From positions 43,214,001 to 43,278,000 of the forward strand of contig OX597822.1 of the NCBI GenBank assembly GCA_951406725.2: a stretch of 64,000 bases of DNA, given 5' to 3'. Positions within the stretch are counted from its first letter, which is position 1. Every line of letters begins with the position of its first letter. The notes under the pieces were generated by a model. It was not told the origin of the DNA and searched no databases. It saw nothing but the letters and a program-made list of their open reading frames with translations. Shown here in pieces: positions 1 through 15,209 of the stretch. This stretch comes from Octopus vulgaris (taxonomy: Eukaryota). A program made the translations under genes and the position numbers.

Positions 1-170
1 TCCAGATCTTCGTATTTTGAAGTTTCTTTTTTTTTTAGATCTATTATCTATCTATCTATTTGTTGGTATTGATCTCTACTATCTTTTTTTATTTTCTACA
101 ATTTATCTTGGCTATTTCTATCTATCTATCTATCTGTTGTATCTTCTATCTATCTATCTATCTATATTCC

Positions 171-216
<46 letters not shown>

Positions 217-267
217 ATATACTATCTATCTAGAGAATCTATTTATTGTTTTTATATATCTACATAA

Positions 268-592
268 AAGTGTGTGGTAAGTGACTTTGTACCAACCACA
301 TGGCTGTTGTTTATGTCTAACTGCGTGGCACCTAGAGAGATATCTTCTATAGCCTCTATCCATAAAGCTTGTGAGGGATCTATCTTAGAGCGTTTATGTA
401 TAGAAGCTGTGTTGTATGTATAAATGTTTTGTGTCTTATTTGTCCCATAGCACACAACCGATGGTGAGTGCCCGTTACTTAGCGGTTCGGGAAAAGAGAC
501 CGATAGAATAAGTCCCGGGGTCGAGTTGCTCGATTAAAGGCGGTGTTTATGGCCGTAGAAAGACTGAAAGTAAAAAGAGTAAAGAGTAAGAG
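268..592 (+). mobile_element. SINE family A, decayed
   Basis: TGTGTGGTAAG head; TTAGCGGTTCGG...GACCGATAGAATAAGT body; GTAAAGAG tail. Confidence 0.75.
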
Positions 593-658
593 TATACTCT
601 GCAGTTATTTTGTTTGTCATTACATTGCTAATGGGAAGATTTTGACCTTATTATTATC

Positions 659-733
<75 letters not shown>

Positions 734-734
<1 letters not shown>

Positions 735-830
735 GGCGAAGATGGCAGAACCGTTAGCACGCCGGGAAAATGCTTAGCGGCATTTAGTTCATATATATTA
801 AAATTCAATTTTTGCTTTGCTTTTCATCTT
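734..830 (+). mobile_element. SINE family B, 5' fragment
   Basis: GGCAGAACCGTTAGCACGCCGGGAAAATGCTTAGCGG. Confidence 0.65.
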
Positions 831-929
831 ATGACAGTGAAAATAGTAATTTATCATAAAAATTAACTTTTCTTAAAATTCTTCTTTTATTTAATTATTA
901 TTATTATTATTATTATTATTCTTTATTAT

Positions 930-1240
930 ATAGTTTATAGTGGTGCTTTCAATTTCACTACCGAGCACAGCTCTGTGTGCCTTGGCCTTTGTGCTGTGAT
1001 TTGTTGTGATGCAATCTGATAGGTTATTGTATGGAAAGTGTTCTGCGTAGGATGTGTGCAGTGCCCAGTAGTGCAATGTTTCTGTATGTTATATGTGTTT
1101 GTAAGTCCTGGTGTTTTTGTTATGTGATTTGTCTGAATATTTTTTTATTTGCCTAATGCACACTACTATGATAGGAATTGCTTCTGTTTTCAGATCTACA
1201 TCTAGTTACCTCTATTTCCAGGTCTTTGTATTTTGAGTAT
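930..1240 (-). mobile_element. Dong/R4-type LINE 3' fragment between TAA repeats
   Basis: High nucleotide similarity to 43965-44258; (TTA)n on both sides. Confidence 0.85.
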
Positions 1241-1386
1241 TATTATTATTATTATTTATTATATATTATTATTATTATTATTATTGTTATTGATAACAAT
1301 GCATAAAGGCGGAGGATTGGCAGATATCTTTATTTCTTTTCTAGCATATTTACAATAATGAGTACAAATAAGTCTTCAACATGCAT

Positions 1387-1557
1387 AGGCGTAGGAGTGT
1401 TCGTGTGGTAAGTAGCTTGCTTAAGAACTACACGGTTTCGGGTTCTTGTCCCACTGCGTGGCACCTTGGGCAAGTGTCTTCTATTATAGCCCAGGCCGAC
1501 CAAAGCCTTGTGAGTGGATACATATATATATATATATATATATATACAATATATATG

Positions 1558-1588
<31 letters not shown>

Positions 1589-1672
1589 ATATGTTTATAT
1601 ACTGTGTTTATTATATATGCTGGTGTTTTATGTTATGTAACTTAGCGGTTCGGCAAAAGTACCCGATAGAAT
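1387..1672 (+). mobile_element. SINE family A, 3'-truncated
   Basis: GGCGTAGGAGTG...GTGGCACCTTGGGCAAGTGTCTTCT...AAAGCCTTGTGAGTGGA; AACTTAGCGGTTCGGCAAAAG. Confidence 0.8.
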
Positions 1673-1800
1673 GATATATATATATATATATACATACATA
1701 TATATTCAAACAACACACAACACACACACACAACACACACACACACACAACTACATGACATTTGTACGGTTACATAATTAAACACACACATATATGTATG

Positions 1801-1843
<43 letters not shown>

Positions 1844-1846
1844 GCT

Positions 1847-1895
<49 letters not shown>

Positions 1896-1974
1896 GCATA
1901 TATATACATATATGTATGTATGCATATATATATATATATATATGATACATATATATACATACATATATATGTAC

Positions 1975-2013
<39 letters not shown>

Positions 2014-2028
2014 CATATATATATATAT

Positions 2029-2109
<81 letters not shown>

Positions 2110-2404
2110 CGTGTGTAGCAGACGCGTGTATATATGTTTATCACATTCTTTTTCTGTGTGTAGACGTAGTTTTCATTCTCTGCGCACAATTTCATTGTCC
2201 ATTTGCTTAGAGCGACCATTGAGAGAGCGAGAGAAAGAGAGAGGTGGGGAGTAAAAGGCAGGAAGAAACATTACGCGTAAACAAATATGAAATACGTACA
2301 CATACAGACACATATATATGTCCTACATACATCTAAGTACGCACACTCGCACGCACGTACACACACAGACACATATATACGTATATATATATATTTATAT
2401 ATAT

Positions 2405-2444
<40 letters not shown>

Positions 2445-2620
2445 TATATAAACACACATACATGTATATATATATATATGTATATATATATATGTATATA
2501 TATATCGGTTTACTAGATTGTGAAAAAAATTCTTCATAAACGTCTGGCTGTCAATTCACCTGTCATCATGTCTGTCTATATGCTGTAAATATTGTGCCGC
2601 TCAGTCCGTCTATTCATGTG

Positions 2621-2698
<78 letters not shown>

Positions 2699-2785
2699 CG
2701 TGTGTATAGACATATATATATACATAATATATACATAATATATATATACATCTGTATATACCTATAGGCTCATATATATATGTTC

Positions 2786-2818
<33 letters not shown>

Positions 2819-3061
2819 CATATATATGTACGTATATATGTATATATACGTATGTATGTATATATGTATATATATACATATATACATACATGTTCATATA
2901 TTCAACTAACTTTACATTTGTTTATCACTCTTAAGTGCTCACGAATCTTTAACAACCCATCTAGTAACCAACAATTTATATCGATATCTTTATAATATAT
3001 CAATTAATCGATGAAAACTATTCATTAAATAATATATTGAACTATGCACTCCTGCGTTTGA

Positions 3062-4070
<1,009 letters not shown>

Positions 4071-4229
4071 GAACACATCTAAATATGCACGCATAACCAA
4101 CTTGATCCTTATACATATTCTAATTCAACATTACATACCCATCACTGTACATATTTCTCACCGCTACTCTAGCTTTTGAAAGTTTTGTATATATATAATA
4201 GAGCTGTCTATGTTTGGGCCGAAAGTAAC

Positions 4230-6550
4230 TAGAGACATACAGCCTATAGGAAGCACCCGAAATCTCTCCAATCTGAACTTCCTGAAAACAGATTGAAAAT
4301 CGATCCAAAAAGAGATCCACAGAGAGGACTGGCCGAAACGTCTCTCCACACCAGACATTGACATGAAAACTAGAATGTTTCATGTTTTCTGTGCAAGCCA
4401 TATGCCAGAAATATGTCCCAGAGCACAAGGCCAAAACAAATAGGAGTAAGATTCCAAGGGAGAGTAAGATCCCCATGAGACGACGGACTAAGTTTGCAAA
4501 ATCGACTCAACCAACATCCCAAAAGTAGCGAAACGTCCCGCCTAAAAACAACATAGAAGGAGATCGCAAAATGTCTGCAACAATCCTATGTGAGGGAAAA
4601 AGCAACCAAAGAAGCCCGGGTTATAAAAAACATTAAGTCAAACCCAAAGGCCTTCTTTCATTACGCGAAAGAAACAGCCTCAGTACACTACAAGATAGGA
4701 CCCCTCCTTCAAAAGGAAGGTTCCCTCACAGACAGTCCAAGTAAGATCAGTGAGATACCGAATGACTAGTTCAAAAGTGTCTTTACCACACCGTTGGAAC
4801 ACAGACAAGTGAACGAACCAGTGGGCTTCTTTGCCACCTCACCTATAACTAGCGAGGCAGTTACAATAGAATATATTGACATTCTACTAGCCATAGATGA
4901 AGTGGACACAAACTCAACTGCTGGTCCTGATGGTTTCCCAGCAATCCTCCTTAAATCGTGTAAGCATGCCCTGGCACAACCCCTCCAGATTCTCTTCCAG
5001 AGCTTTCTTACAAATGGCTAACTGCCAAGCAAGCTGAAGGAGGGAATAATATACCCAATCCATAAAGGGGGAAGTAGAGCAGATGCCAAAAACTATAGGC
5101 CTATCGCTCTGACTTCACACATCAGCAAAGTCATGGAATGGATAGTCAGAGGGGAACTAATCGCATTCCTTGAAGAAAATAACTTGCTGAGTGATACCCA
5201 GCATGGTTTTCGGCCAGGTAGGAGCTGCCTGACCCAGCTCTTACAACATTATGACTGGGTGTTGAGGCAGTTACTCAACAAATCAAATGTGGACGTAATA
5301 TACCTTGATTTTGCAAAAGCTTTTGACAAGGTGGATCATGGTATGATATGCCACAAACTGCGTGATGTCGGCATGGCTGGAATACTTGGAGAGTAGTTAC
5401 ATGACTTCCTGAAAGATAGAAGTCAGGCAGTAGTGGCTAATGGAGCCACTTCTATGAACACACAAGTAGTGAGTGGTATTCTACAGGGCACTGTTTTGGG
5501 GCCACTGCTTTATATAGTGGCCCTCTCAGATATGCCCGCAAATGCTCGGATAGCCACCCTTACAAGCTATGCAGATGATACGAAAGCCTCGCAGAAAATA
5601 CAGAACTCCAGTGATGTTGCACACCTGCAGCAGGAGTTGGACTCAATTTAAGATGGGCTGAAGATAATAACATGCAGTTTAATGCTGAAAAATTCCGAGC
5701 CCTGCGCTACCAGCATCCAAAACTGAATATGAAACTTACAGGGTACACCGGTCCACAGGGAATTTCAATCCCAGAGCCTAAGTTAGTGAGGGACCTGGGT
5801 ATCGACATGAGTGATGATACCTCTTTCCAAGTGCACATTACCAGGATGGCGACAAAATGCAGATGACTGGCTGGATGGATCCTAAGAACATTCAGAACCA
5901 GTGATAAGGAAACCATGATGGTCCTCTGGCGGACATTCGTCCTCAGCCGCCTGGATTACTGCTCACAGCTATGGTCATCCACCTGTGTGAAATTAACAGC
6001 TGACCTTGAAGCAATCCAGAGAAAATTCACAAAGAAGATCGTCTCTTTGCAACAGCCCAGCTAATGGGAAAAGTTGAAACAGTTAAGACTCTACTCCCTG
6101 GAGAGAAGACGGGAGAGGTATGCAGTAATATATATCTGGATGATCCTGGTTGTAATTGTGCCAAATTTTGGCATTGAAAGCTACACCACTGCCAGAACGG
6201 AACAACACTGCATAGTGCCAAACTCCCAGCCATGTCATCACGCTTCAGGACCAGTTACTGTAACAGCCTGGGTTTCAAGGGCCCACAGCTTTTTAATATT
6301 CTCTCAAAGAGTCTGAGGAACTTGCACAAAGTAGATGTAGGGTTTTTTAAAATCAAAGCTGGACCTTTTCCTGTCGAGAGTCCCAGATGAACCTACCTCA
6401 CGGTAAGAGGTGCAAATGAGGGTAACTGTATCAAACTACAAGCTTCATCAAGTGCCACATATTAGAGGAGGCTCTTAGTAATAACAGTATAGCAAAACGG
6501 TGGTGCATCAGCATGGCCACAGCTCTGAGCTGAAACTAGAGAAAAGAAAA
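4230..6550 (+). pseudogene. Decayed CR1/L2-group LINE ORF2 (RT and C-terminus) with 3' UTR; 5'-truncated
   Basis: AGPDGF, PIHKGG, NYRPIALTS, QHGFRPGRSC, YLDFAKAFDKVDH, QGTVLGPLL, YADDTK, MQFNAEK, RDLGI, LYSLERRRER; several in-frame stops. Confidence 0.92.
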
Positions 6551-6894
6551 TTACCTCCCACCAAAAGATGAACATTTATCTTCCCTGTCCACAATAATAA
6601 CGATAGCCAATTACCCCACCTTAGATTTTTCTACTTGTTGAATCATTCAGTCATAAACTCCACACACAACATGGACAAAAAAATATTTCCCAACAAAATA
6701 GGTATTTAAATAAATTTATATTTCATGATTAGCGAAAGTGAAACCGGTCGACAAACACAATACAAAATATATTAAACATGATATTAAGACTATGTAAAGT
6801 GTGTGCATTTTCCTTCTTTAGTTTCTTATATATATTACATCTCACGACAGGGGGATAATCGAAATTCCTCTCTTTCTGTTACTATACATATATG

Positions 6895-7105
6895 TTCTTT
6901 CATTCTTTTACTTGTTTCAGTAATTTGACTGTGACCATGCAGGAACAACCCCTTTTAGTCGAAGAAATCGACCTCCGTACTTATTCTTTGCTACCCTGGT
7001 ACATATTCCATTAGTCTTTTCTACCGAACCACTAAGTTATGTGGACGTAAACACACCAGCATCAGTTCTCAAGCGATGGTGGTGGGGACAAACACAGACA
7101 CAGAT
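6895..7105 (-). mobile_element. SINE family A, 3' half
   Basis: Matches 37112-37315. Confidence 0.8.
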
Positions 7106-7144
7106 ACACAGACACATACACCCCCAACACACACACATATATAT

Positions 7145-7500
7145 AAGCGAATAAGTAACAAGGATATTCAGGTATCAATGCCTTACGGCCGTTTCAAGCG
7201 GGTCCGTTTAATCGATCAATGAAAACATTACAAAAATTTGAAAGAAACCGCTCTCCTCAGACGCACACGACCATAAATATAGCAAAAGGAAACAATGTAA
7301 TTATTTTGGTTCCTTGTCCTGATGTAAATTATGCTAAAAAAGGGTTTATCCTTTATATTGGAAATCTATACGCTTCTCTGAATCGGAAGAGGGCGGTTTC
7401 TTTCAAATTGATGTAATGTTTTCCTTGATCGATTAAATGATGTTGCATGAAACGACCGTAATACATAGATACCTGGGCATCCTTATTACCTATTTGTTTT
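7145..7500. mobile_element. Fold-back of two inverted hammerhead-bearing pseudo-LTR-like units
   Basis: 7145-7260 is a diverged reverse complement of 7378-7498 (e.g. TTTAATCGATCAATGAAAACATTACA vs TGTAATGTTTTCCTTGATCGATTAAA). Confidence 0.75.
7179..7265 (-). ncRNA. Minimal type I hammerhead ribozyme, left arm of a fold-back element
   Basis: Minus strand reads TGCGT-CTGAGGA-GAGCGG...CCGCTT-GAAA-CGGCCG-TA-AGGCA; one mismatch in stem I. Confidence 0.75.
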
Positions 7501-7639
7501 TATTCAACTAACTTCGAGCTGCGCGGATTATACCGTACTGGCTTGGTGCCTCAATTTATCTATCTAATTCAACTGAATCTTAATTATATATATATATATG
7601 TAATATACGGTTTTTTGCATCTATGTGCTTACTCGTATG

Positions 7640-7688
<49 letters not shown>

Positions 7689-8122
7689 ATATAGTGCGGT
7701 ATTCCTTGACTGGCCGTATCAACAAACAATGTACTGTATCCAGTGAGAGGTGGAGGAATTATATCATTCAACAGACATAGGATTTAAATTTAAGCTACAA
7801 TTAGTTTCGTAGGTCTGAAAACACAACGGTCGAACAAGCTTGTATAGCATACGCCGTATGTCCGTATATATGAGAATGGTTAGGATGTTAGTTTCATAAA
7901 TATAATGTCTTAAATCAACTTTCTGGAGAATCATTGCATTATGTCCTTGAGCAGGGTACTTTATGTTGCACCGGGGGACTACATAGATACCTTAAATTAA
8001 TAAAACGACAGTACATATCATGAAGTCATATTGGCTCCCAAGTCACGGGTGGTTGTCTTTTTTATGTCCATCAATCTGTGTGCCTGTCTGTCAGTCTGTA
8101 CGTATGTTTGTATGTAAGTATA

Positions 8123-8425
8123 TTCTTTTATTTACTTCAGTTATTTGACTGCGGCCATGCTGGAGTACCGCCTTTAGTCGAACAAATCGCTCCCAGGACT
8201 TATACTGTGTAAGCCTAGTACTTATTCTATCGATCTCTTTTACCGAACCGCTAAGTTACGGGAACGTAAACACACCAACATCGGTTGTCAAGCGGTGATG
8301 GGGTGACAAACACAGACCATACATATATATATATACGTACGTCTTACAATTTCCGTCTACTAAATCCACTCACAAGGCTTTGGTCGGCCTGAGGCTATAG
8401 TAGAAGATACTTGCCCAGGTTGCCA
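8123..8425 (-). mobile_element. SINE family A; a + strand 3' fragment follows at ~8455-8560
   Basis: Matches 37120-37440. Confidence 0.8.
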
Positions 8426-8899
8426 TGGTCGTTGAGATCCCCTCTATTTTATAGAGTCAGAGAAAATAATTACCAGGCTTGAAGAATAAGCAAAAGAAAA
8501 TCTTCAAGGTGTTACCCCAGCATGGCCGCCGTCTAGAGGTTGAAAGAAGTAAAAGAATAAATTTACCTTTGCCCCAGGCGTAAGACGCGTCCGAGCTTTC
8601 CCCAGAAAATGCAATTATTTGATTCAAATTTAGCTTCTATTTCTAATGAACATAACTGCAGCATAGCGGTCCTCACGATGAAAGAGCTGTTGATGTTCGT
8701 ATGTAGATACTATTCGTCAATTATTTCCACGTTAGGATGACATTCAGAACAGAAACGATGTTATGTAATATATATTCAATTTTTGAAAAATTATTATATT
8801 TAAAAAAAAATTTTGCTTTACAGAAAATTGCATATTGTATCGTATGTTTCCTAAGGTTCTTCATACAACACGCACTTAGACACACTTGTGTATATGCAG

Positions 8900-8926
8900 G
8901 CATAATGAATGCATATATATGTAAAA

Positions 8927-9015
<89 letters not shown>

Positions 9016-9597
9016 TTGAAAAATGTATAGATATGAATATATGTATATATGTGTATATATATACAGACACACACCTTCACACACACACACACACACATAC
9101 ATACACACACACACTCACATATATATATACAACCACATAAGTATGTTTATATATATATATATATATATTTATAAATATATTTGCATATAGTTGCATGTAC
9201 ATTTTATTCAATTTATTTAAACACATGACACCATGTGCATATTTATGCATACACACACAAACACACGGATATAGAGACACAGACACATATATACACACAT
9301 ATGTGTATGTATGCGTTATATATATATATAAATATTTATATATATATATATATATATGCATACATATATGTACACACACAGGTATATATTTATACATATA
9401 TGCATGCTCCAGCGTGAATATATGTGTATATCTGTATATACATTGTACATATATGCATGTATATATGTATAAATGTATGCAGGTATGTATGAATATGTGT
9501 GTATACATATATGGGTATGTATATATATTGGCATATACGTTTACATAATATATATATACATACGTACACACAACACATATATGCGTGCATACATGCA

Positions 9598-9634
<37 letters not shown>

Positions 9635-9886
9635 TTGTGCATATATATCTATATATAAATATACATGTATATATATCCACGAACACACATTATATATATA
9701 TGTGGATATATAAACATGTATATAAATATATGCATATATATATAATTGTACGTATATATACATATACATACGCACACACGCACATATATATATATATATA
9801 TATCTATATATATATGTATATGCATATATATATACATATACATGCATACACAAACACACACATATATATATACATACACACATACA

Positions 9887-9924
<38 letters not shown>

Positions 9925-9965
9925 CATATATATATGTATATATACACACACACACGTATTTACAC
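8900..9965. repeat. Degenerate TA/CA microsatellite block; similar blocks at 1520-2900, 49730-50380, 52850-54520 and 62550-63110
   Basis: Directly visible. Confidence 0.95.
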
Positions 9966-10506
9966 ATAGTGCCATAGAACTCATATATTGCTGTAATGAA
10001 ACAAGTTATCGTGCAGTTATGGCGTGAAAAACAATATTTATTTACGAAATAATGAAATTAAAGATGTTGTAAAAAAAATATAATTTTATTAAAATCTTCG
10101 TGTCTACAACCGAACACTTCCGTTTACAATCGTTCCACACATGCGCAAAGTATTATACATAGCCAAAGCTTTATATGCGCGCATGCATAGTCTCATACAG
10201 ATATGTACATACACATTCGCATGCTTTAAAAAATTGTGTTGCAGACACATTGAAAAATAATTACTACAGCAGCAATTTTTATTATGGTTATTATTATTAT
10301 TACAAATTTTATTGATTTAATCATTATTATCACCATTATGAAGAGATGTGAATGACAATATCTGTAGAGTAATGTAGCTAATGCCTTTATGAATTTACAT
10401 ATGTTGTCGTTAAGTTTCTAAGTTCAAATCCAGGCAAGGCCAAGTAGACTTTGTGTCTTTCTAGGCATTATATATATCAATGTATCAGTCAAGTATTAGG
10501 TTATAG

Positions 10507-11002
10507 CATAATTTCTGAAAGTGGGCGCCACCGCGCACCGGTGGGCGCTACTGTGCACCGGTGGGCGTTGAGACGTTCCAGCTGGGCGCTAGGGGACACT
10601 GTTGAATTTATTATAATATTATTATAGTTTACAAATTATATGATATTCTTTTCTACTCTAGGTAAAAGGCGTGAAGTTTTGGGGGACGGCCAGTTGATCA
10701 GATAGACCCCAGTAGGCAACTGCTACTTAATTTATTGACCCCGAAAGGATGAAAAGTAAAGTCGACCTTGGCGGAATTTGAACTCAAAACGTAGAGACAG
10801 ACGAAATACGGATAAGCATTTCGCCCGGTATGCTAACGTTTCCGCCAGCTCGCTGATTTACATATAATATATTGAATATCAAATGGTTCATAATATATAT
10901 AAATTATTAAAATATAAAATATTTATATATATATATAAGCAGCGGTGAGGGTTTTATGTGGCCATGAGCGGGACGGTGGCCCAAAATGTTTGAGAACCTC
11001 TG
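10507..11002. mobile_element. hAT (Charlie-like) MITE
   Basis: Right end TTTGAGAACCTCTG, decayed left end CATAATTTCTGAAAG; GTGGGCGC subterminal repeats; GGTTATAG / GCTTACAG flanks. Confidence 0.5.
10645..10856 (-). mobile_element. SINE family B nested in a hAT-type MITE
   Basis: Reverse complement of the 14975-15188 type. Confidence 0.8.
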
Positions 11003-11189
11003 GCTTACAGTAATCAAATGCAGCACCCACCCAGAATGTGTGACCATCTATATCTGTTAGAAAGTATTTGGTGGTATCACTTGTTGAATTGACCGTTGAC
11101 TACACAGTAGTTCTTCTGCCCTTTGACGGGTCTTATTTTTCGTCCAGCAGGGTGTCCAACAATCACCCTCCTCACCAAGCAAGCTTGAT

Positions 11190-13119
11190 GGGGTTGCCGA
11201 CCACCCGACCGTGCGACAGGTTGTACTGGGTTATATGTTACGAGTAGCGCCCAAGAGCGACCTGACCATGACATAAAAAAAATGAGTGAAATCAATGAAG
11301 CAATCGAAATAAGAAACAAAACAAAAAAAAAACAACCAAAATAATCCAAGCCAAAGCAACACGTATAAGAAGGCTCGAGAAAAGATCAAATTTTTCCAGA
11401 GATAACTGTACTTTCCGAAACAATCTTAAAGCTTGTAAAGGAAAATCTCAAAAGCTAATATAACTGTTTGAATCATACATATCAAGGAGGAAGCCTAAAA
11501 GTTTCAGAAATCGATTTCATCAAACCTCAAACAAACATTTGTGATACTCTTTGGGTTCATCAATAATGAATATATTAAATATATAATGAATATATTAAAG
11601 AGCAAATATGGAAAGACTGTACTGAGAAAATTTAGCAAATTGAAATCAACGGGAAATGATAGAATCTCTAACTTCTGGTTCAATGCTCATAAGAGTGACA
11701 CATCTCTACAAAAGCATAAAGTATTACTATTCCCTACTGGTTGATAAATGGTGTAAATTACTACATAAACGAGACGAAACTATGTCCAAAACTATCGACC
11801 ACTAACATGCTATACAACCATATCTGAAATGCTAACACCCAACCATTAGTGAATACACATACAGAGCTTCCTGATGGGTAACAAGATATTTCCCGAGTGG
11901 CTCGCACGAGTCTAAAAACCAAATTTTAATCAATAAAATGGTTCCAGAGGATTTCTACAAACAATTGGATGGATTTGATTACAAAAATGTTCTTCGACAG
12001 ATTTCCCCATATGTGGATTGAGATATGTTTAGAAATGACATATAATCTCTCCTCGGTTATTGATAGTTTTCTGTCAGATTGTAAGAAACAGTGGAAAATA
12101 ACTCTTAACTCTTATATAGAATTCAGCGACTGATACTGTGAACGATAGTGGCATTGATATAAACTGTGGCATTTTCTCTTCTCTTTTGCATTGCTCTCCT
12201 CCTAAGTAAGCTGTTAAATGGCATAAGACATAGGTATGGAGTATATGACAGACAAAGCAATCCTTTATATGGATGATCTGAAACATTACAAGGAAGGAGA
12301 TCTACAACGGGAACGACTTTTAACCATAGTAAAAGCATTTAGTGATGATATTGTATTGGACTTCGGCTTTGATAAGTGTGCAAAAGCGACATTCCTCAAG
12401 GAGAAAAAAAAACTCTTGAAAACATACAACTTTCAGTTAGACAACAACTATAATTAAGGAATTACATCCTAACAGAAATTAGAAATATTTAGGCTTGGGC
12501 ACTCCTATGAGAACTAGTGGGAGAGCTTAAGCCTGCCAAAGTAGTGGGAAATAAAGATATCACTGTTGTTTGGGACTTTAGTTTTCAAACTGATCGAACT
12601 ATTTAGGTCAGTAGATCAGATACTGTAGTAAAACAACATGTATGCACATGAATGTGTCAATCTCCGGAGATTGCAATACATTTGTGAAACCTTTCACAAA
12701 GTTAAGTAAAAGCAAGGGCCTTGAAACAGAGTTCGCAAAAATGAGGCAACTAAAAACGACAACTGTATCCCTAATTGTCGGAGTTTTGGGGATAATACCA
12801 AACGGCACTCTTAAGCACTATGGTCAAATACCAGGAAGTCCAAAAGTATCAGAACTATGAAAAACTATTCCCACGGACACTGCCTACATCCCAAGAAAAA
12901 CAATATCAATATGAAAATATTTGACTCCCTTCAAACTCTTTTAAAAACCTCAAATATTACAACTAACTTTTAACGAAATCTTAATTCTCAGTGTTTGTTC
13001 TACTTACTCGGCAAATATATTATTGCTAACCATAAATGATATGACAATAAAAGTTCCAGCTTGCTGTTATTTGCAGCGAGTAATAAAACGAAGTATTATC
13101 ATAAACATCAACAAAAACA

Positions 13120-13120
<1 letters not shown>
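11190..13120 (+). pseudogene. Older, heavily decayed Dong/R4-type LINE ending at (AAT)n
   Basis: NYRPLTC, YMDDLKHY, DFGFDKCA, SLIVGVLG remnants; (AAT)n from ~13121. Confidence 0.75.
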
Positions 13121-13193
<73 letters not shown>

Positions 13194-13248
13194 TATAAAA
13201 ATAATAATAATAATAATTATAATAATGATGATGATGATGATGATGATG

Positions 13249-13289
<41 letters not shown>

Positions 13290-13313
13290 GATAATGATAA
13301 TAATAATAATATT

Positions 13314-13380
<67 letters not shown>

Positions 13381-13790
13381 TGACCTTAACCAGTTGAGCA
13401 TGTATCTTAGTGGCTGACGATATGTGCATCTCTGATCACAAGCAGAAGTAGTGTGGGGGGAGCATCATAGCCATGTGTTGAGAGGAATTCTTTAGGGTTT
13501 GGATAATTCACCTTTGGAAACATGGGTGTTTCGTTCAACATCCTTAAACAACCCTTATTCAGGGACCTTTTGAGCGGGATGGGTTGCTCGACCTGAAGAA
13601 AATTCTAACTGGGCCCCACCTGCAAGGTCAAGTACTGTTTATCTTGATATGAGATCACCATGTCGTGCACATATTATCGTGATGCATGTGCCTAGTGTAC
13701 CCTTATCAGACAGGTAGTCATGATGGGTATACTGGGCTTCGTATATTTTACCCCAGTGTCACTTTGAAGGCATGCACTGCTCTCTCACTC
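13381..13790 (+). mobile_element. 5'-truncated copy of the (AAT)n-inserted element
   Basis: Ends GCATGCACTGCTCTCTCACTC(AAT)n; (AAT)n also upstream. Confidence 0.8.
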
Positions 13791-13846
<56 letters not shown>

Positions 13847-14110
13847 TAATAATAATAATAATATTGATTTACAAATTATATTCTATTCAACAGACTATAC
13901 ACAGCGACAGAACTTGGCAATATTTCCACAAGGATTCAGCTGCTATGTAAAAATTAGCATGAATTATTTAATCGTACTAAAACTACTCTAAGGAGAGAAA
14001 TGAATTGAAAATGAAAACTTTATGTCAGATTTCAACACTGAAATCACCATTAGAACATAGCCGCTTTTATAAGTATTTAGGAGGTAATAAAACCGAACGG
14101 ATACTGTGTG

Positions 14111-14180
<70 letters not shown>

Positions 14181-14312
14181 GGAGATGTGTGAAGTGCAAT
14201 ATATAAGATAGTTGAGATATGAGGGCTGGCTTTCACAGAAATTATAGCCGCGTAACTCAAATTATAATTGAATATTAAGTGAATTGTAGAGCATGGTTAC
14301 TTAAACTAGAAA

Positions 14313-14387
<75 letters not shown>

Positions 14388-14765
14388 GCCCTCGGTCGGT
14401 TACGACGAAGGGGGTTCCAGTTGATCCAATCAACGGAACAGCCTGCTCGTGAAATTAACGTGCAAGCTGCTGAGCAATCCACAGACACGTGTACCGTTAA
14501 CGTAGTTCTCGGGGAGATTCAGCGTGACACAGAGTGTGACAAGGCTGGCCCTTTGAAATACAGGTACAACAAAAACAGGAAAAAAGAGTGAGAGAAAGTT
14601 GTGGTGAAAGAGTACAGCAGGGTTCGTCACCACTCCCTACCAGAACCTCTTGTAGCTTTAGGTGCTTTCGCTCGATAAACACTCACAACGCCAGGTCTGG
14701 GAATCGAAACCGTGATCTTATGACTGCGAGTCCGCTGCCCTAACCACTGGGCCATTGCGCCTCCA
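14388..14765 (-). mobile_element. tRNA-derived SINE family C with (AGT)n tail
   Basis: Minus strand GGCGCAATGGCCCAGTGGTTAGG (A box), GTTTCGATTCCC (B box); ends TCGTCGTAACCGAC..(AGT)n. Confidence 0.85.
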
Positions 14766-14974
14766 CACCACCACCACCACCACCACCGCGATCACCACCA
14801 TCACCGCCTCGACCACCACCACCACCACCACCACACTTCGCATATTATTTCGCAGTAGCAGCAACATCAGCAGCATCAGCATCAGCATCAGCATCAGCAG
14901 CATCAGCATCAGCAGCAGCAGTAGTAGTAGTGGTAGTAGCAGCAGCAGCAGTATTATCATTATTATTATTATAA

Positions 14975-15188
14975 AGGCAGCAAGCTGGCAGAATCGTTAG
15001 CACGCCGGGCGAAATGCTTAGTAATATTTCGTCCGTCTTTACGTTCTGAGTTCAATTCCGCCGAGGTCGATATTGCCTTTTATGCTTTCGGGGTCGATAA
15101 ATTAAGTACCAGTTGCGTACTGGTACTGATCTAATAGACTGCCCTCTCCCCCAAATTTTCGGATCTTGTGCCTAGAGAAGTAAAGATT
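14975..15188 (+). mobile_element. tRNA-derived SINE family B
   Basis: AGCTGGCAGAATCGTTAG (A box), GAGTTCAATTCCGCCGAGGTCGA (B box), TTTCGGGGTCGATAAATTAAGTACCAG. Confidence 0.85.
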
Positions 15189-15209
15189 ATTATCATCATT
15201 ATTATTATT

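Noticed and set aside
8662-8698. Micro-exon HSGPHDERAVDV with GTATGT donor
   Set aside because: Weak acceptor, and its phase 1 end does not fit the next candidate exon.
14690-14762. Functional tRNA gene
   Set aside because: A/B boxes are present but run into a SINE body; no clean acceptor stem or T-run terminator.
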